Source: Phycisphaerales bacterium (GTDB lineage: Bacteria; Planctomycetota; Phycisphaerae; Tepidisphaerales; Tepidisphaeraceae). Taken from it: DNA of 64,000 nt. The position numbers were made by a program, and so were the translations under genes. Location of the stretch: assembly GCA_025361735.1 (NCBI GenBank), contig JANYKD010000125.1, positions 136 to 64,135 on the forward strand, in the 5' to 3' direction. The notes under the pieces are model-generated. The model was not told the DNA's origin. It saw only the letters and a list, made by a program, of their open reading frames with translations, and did no database searches. Within the stretch, counting starts at the first letter, position 1, and each line of letters begins with the position of its first letter. This document shows, in pieces, positions 63,467-64,000 of this stretch.

Positions 63467-63792
63467 CGGATTGAGATCGCAGAAGCGTCTGGAACCTCGC
63501 GCTCATCCGGCTCTTGCCCAATCGAGAACGACACCAGCCGCTGTCGCTCCTCGTCCCGAACGAAGAGGACAATCTTGTTCTCCAATGCCGCCTGGTCGTA
63601 TTGGGCTTTCAGGGAAACCTGGCTCCGGGCGCTCAAGGTATTCTTGTACGGCTCATAGGGGTACACGTAAACCCGCTGTTCCTGGAGATGGAACAAGACG
63701 ATGGGCTTCGTTTCTTTCCACAGGCTGTAGGCAGCGCGGATTTCGTTCCGGTACTCGTATGCCGCAGCCAGCAAATCGTCAGAATCCGGCAT
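63442..63792 (-). CDS. Hypothetical protein (116 aa)
   Basis: The ATG at 63792 gives 'MPDSDDLLAAAYEYRNEIR...'. It converges on the 516-aa gene, overlapping it by 25 nt. Confidence 0.4.
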   Translation of the reverse strand: MPDSDDLLAAAYEYRNEIRAAYSLWKETKPIVLFHLQEQRVYVYPYEPYKNTLSARSQVSLKAQYDQAALENKIVLFVRDEERQRLVSFSIGQEPDEREVPDASAISIRQITDKDG

Positions 63793-63870
63793 GTCGATTC
63801 TCCTGGCAGAGCGGATCTGCATCTGGCGCGAATGCACACCCGTCTTTACCCGCGCTCGGCGGCTTTACGC

Positions 63871-63999
63871 CTACTTGCCCGACGCCATTTGTTTCGCGAT
63901 CAGAGCGCCGGTCGCCTTGATCGTTGCCGGATCGAGGCTCAACGCAGATGCCTGGATCGCATCGGGTTGTTTGGCGAACCACTCCACCAGCCGCGAGAG
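63871..63999 (-). CDS. 3' end of a gene extending beyond the window (..LSRLVEWFAKQPDAIQASALSLDPATIKATGALIAKQMASGK*)
   Basis: An open minus-strand frame from the window edge to a TAG at 63871-63873. Its composition is more protein-like than the listed 63779-63982 ORF. Confidence 0.3.
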   Translation of the reverse strand, partial: LSRLVEWFAKQPDAIQASALSLDPATIKATGALIAKQMASGK

Positions 64000-64000
64000 C

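Noticed and set aside
1-64000. CRISPR arrays, tRNA, rRNA, tmRNA, integrase or transposase genes, and att-like sites
   Set aside because: I scanned the intergenic regions by eye: 7253-7855, 10299-10585, 11087-11277, 20041-20240, 41940-42235, 45589-45819 and 55886-57173. I found no regularly spaced repeats, no cloverleaf-like segments and no recombinase motifs. A proper tRNAscan/Infernal run could still find something I missed.

Overview
High-GC bacterial chromosomal segment. The gene style suggests a Planctomycetota-like host, but that is inference only. I recognised no rRNA, tRNA, CRISPR array, integrase or transposase. Most of the window is accessory DNA, and about 40 kb of it looks like a defence island.

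Layout:
1. 2-7252 (+): mobile-element-type module with a RuvB-like AAA+ ATPase, a classical AAA ATPase, a YqaJ exonuclease, RecT, a DUF1257/DUF2997 pair and small unknown ORFs.
2. 7856-10298 (-): five small coupled genes ending in a LexA-like wHTH protein.
3. 11278-14540 (-): two secreted proteins, one a parallel beta-helix protein.
4. 14576-20040 (-): a tightly coupled six-gene cassette. It holds an unknown, a Zn-ribbon/DUF4145 protein, a PD-(D/E)xK-like protein, an unknown, a bare Ser/Thr kinase and a GmrSD-type DUF262/DUF1524 nuclease. I cannot match it to a named system, and it is my top candidate for something undescribed.
5. 20241-41939 (-): a 21.7-kb array that is DISARM class-1-like but non-canonical. 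It contains an SNF2 helicase, a 1734-aa adenine-type methyltransferase, a 69-aa ORF and a fused DEAD-helicase/DUF1998/Vsr-like nuclease. Upstream of these lies a coupled triad of an unknown protein, a two-HKD PLD and a second SNF2-like helicase.
6. 42236-44033 (-): an orphan RecB-type nuclease domain, a YbjN-like protein and a DUF4258-like protein.
7. 44206-53188 (+): a WYL regulator, an Arg-rich small ORF and a complete Wadjet jetABCD operon. The jet cassette is bracketed by diverged direct repeats of about 575 bp.
8. 53519-55885 (+): a paralogous small ORF, a DUF123/GIY-YIG-like protein, an MBL hydrolase and a SAM methyltransferase.
9. 55.9-57.2 kb: degenerate region containing the second copy of a ~350-nt structured-looking repeat. 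The first copy is at 7.5-7.9 kb.
10. 57174-64000: mostly ordinary or unknown genes (secreted glycosidase-like, cupin, DCC, DUF3024-like, hypotheticals).

All family assignments come from motifs read by eye. No database search was run.
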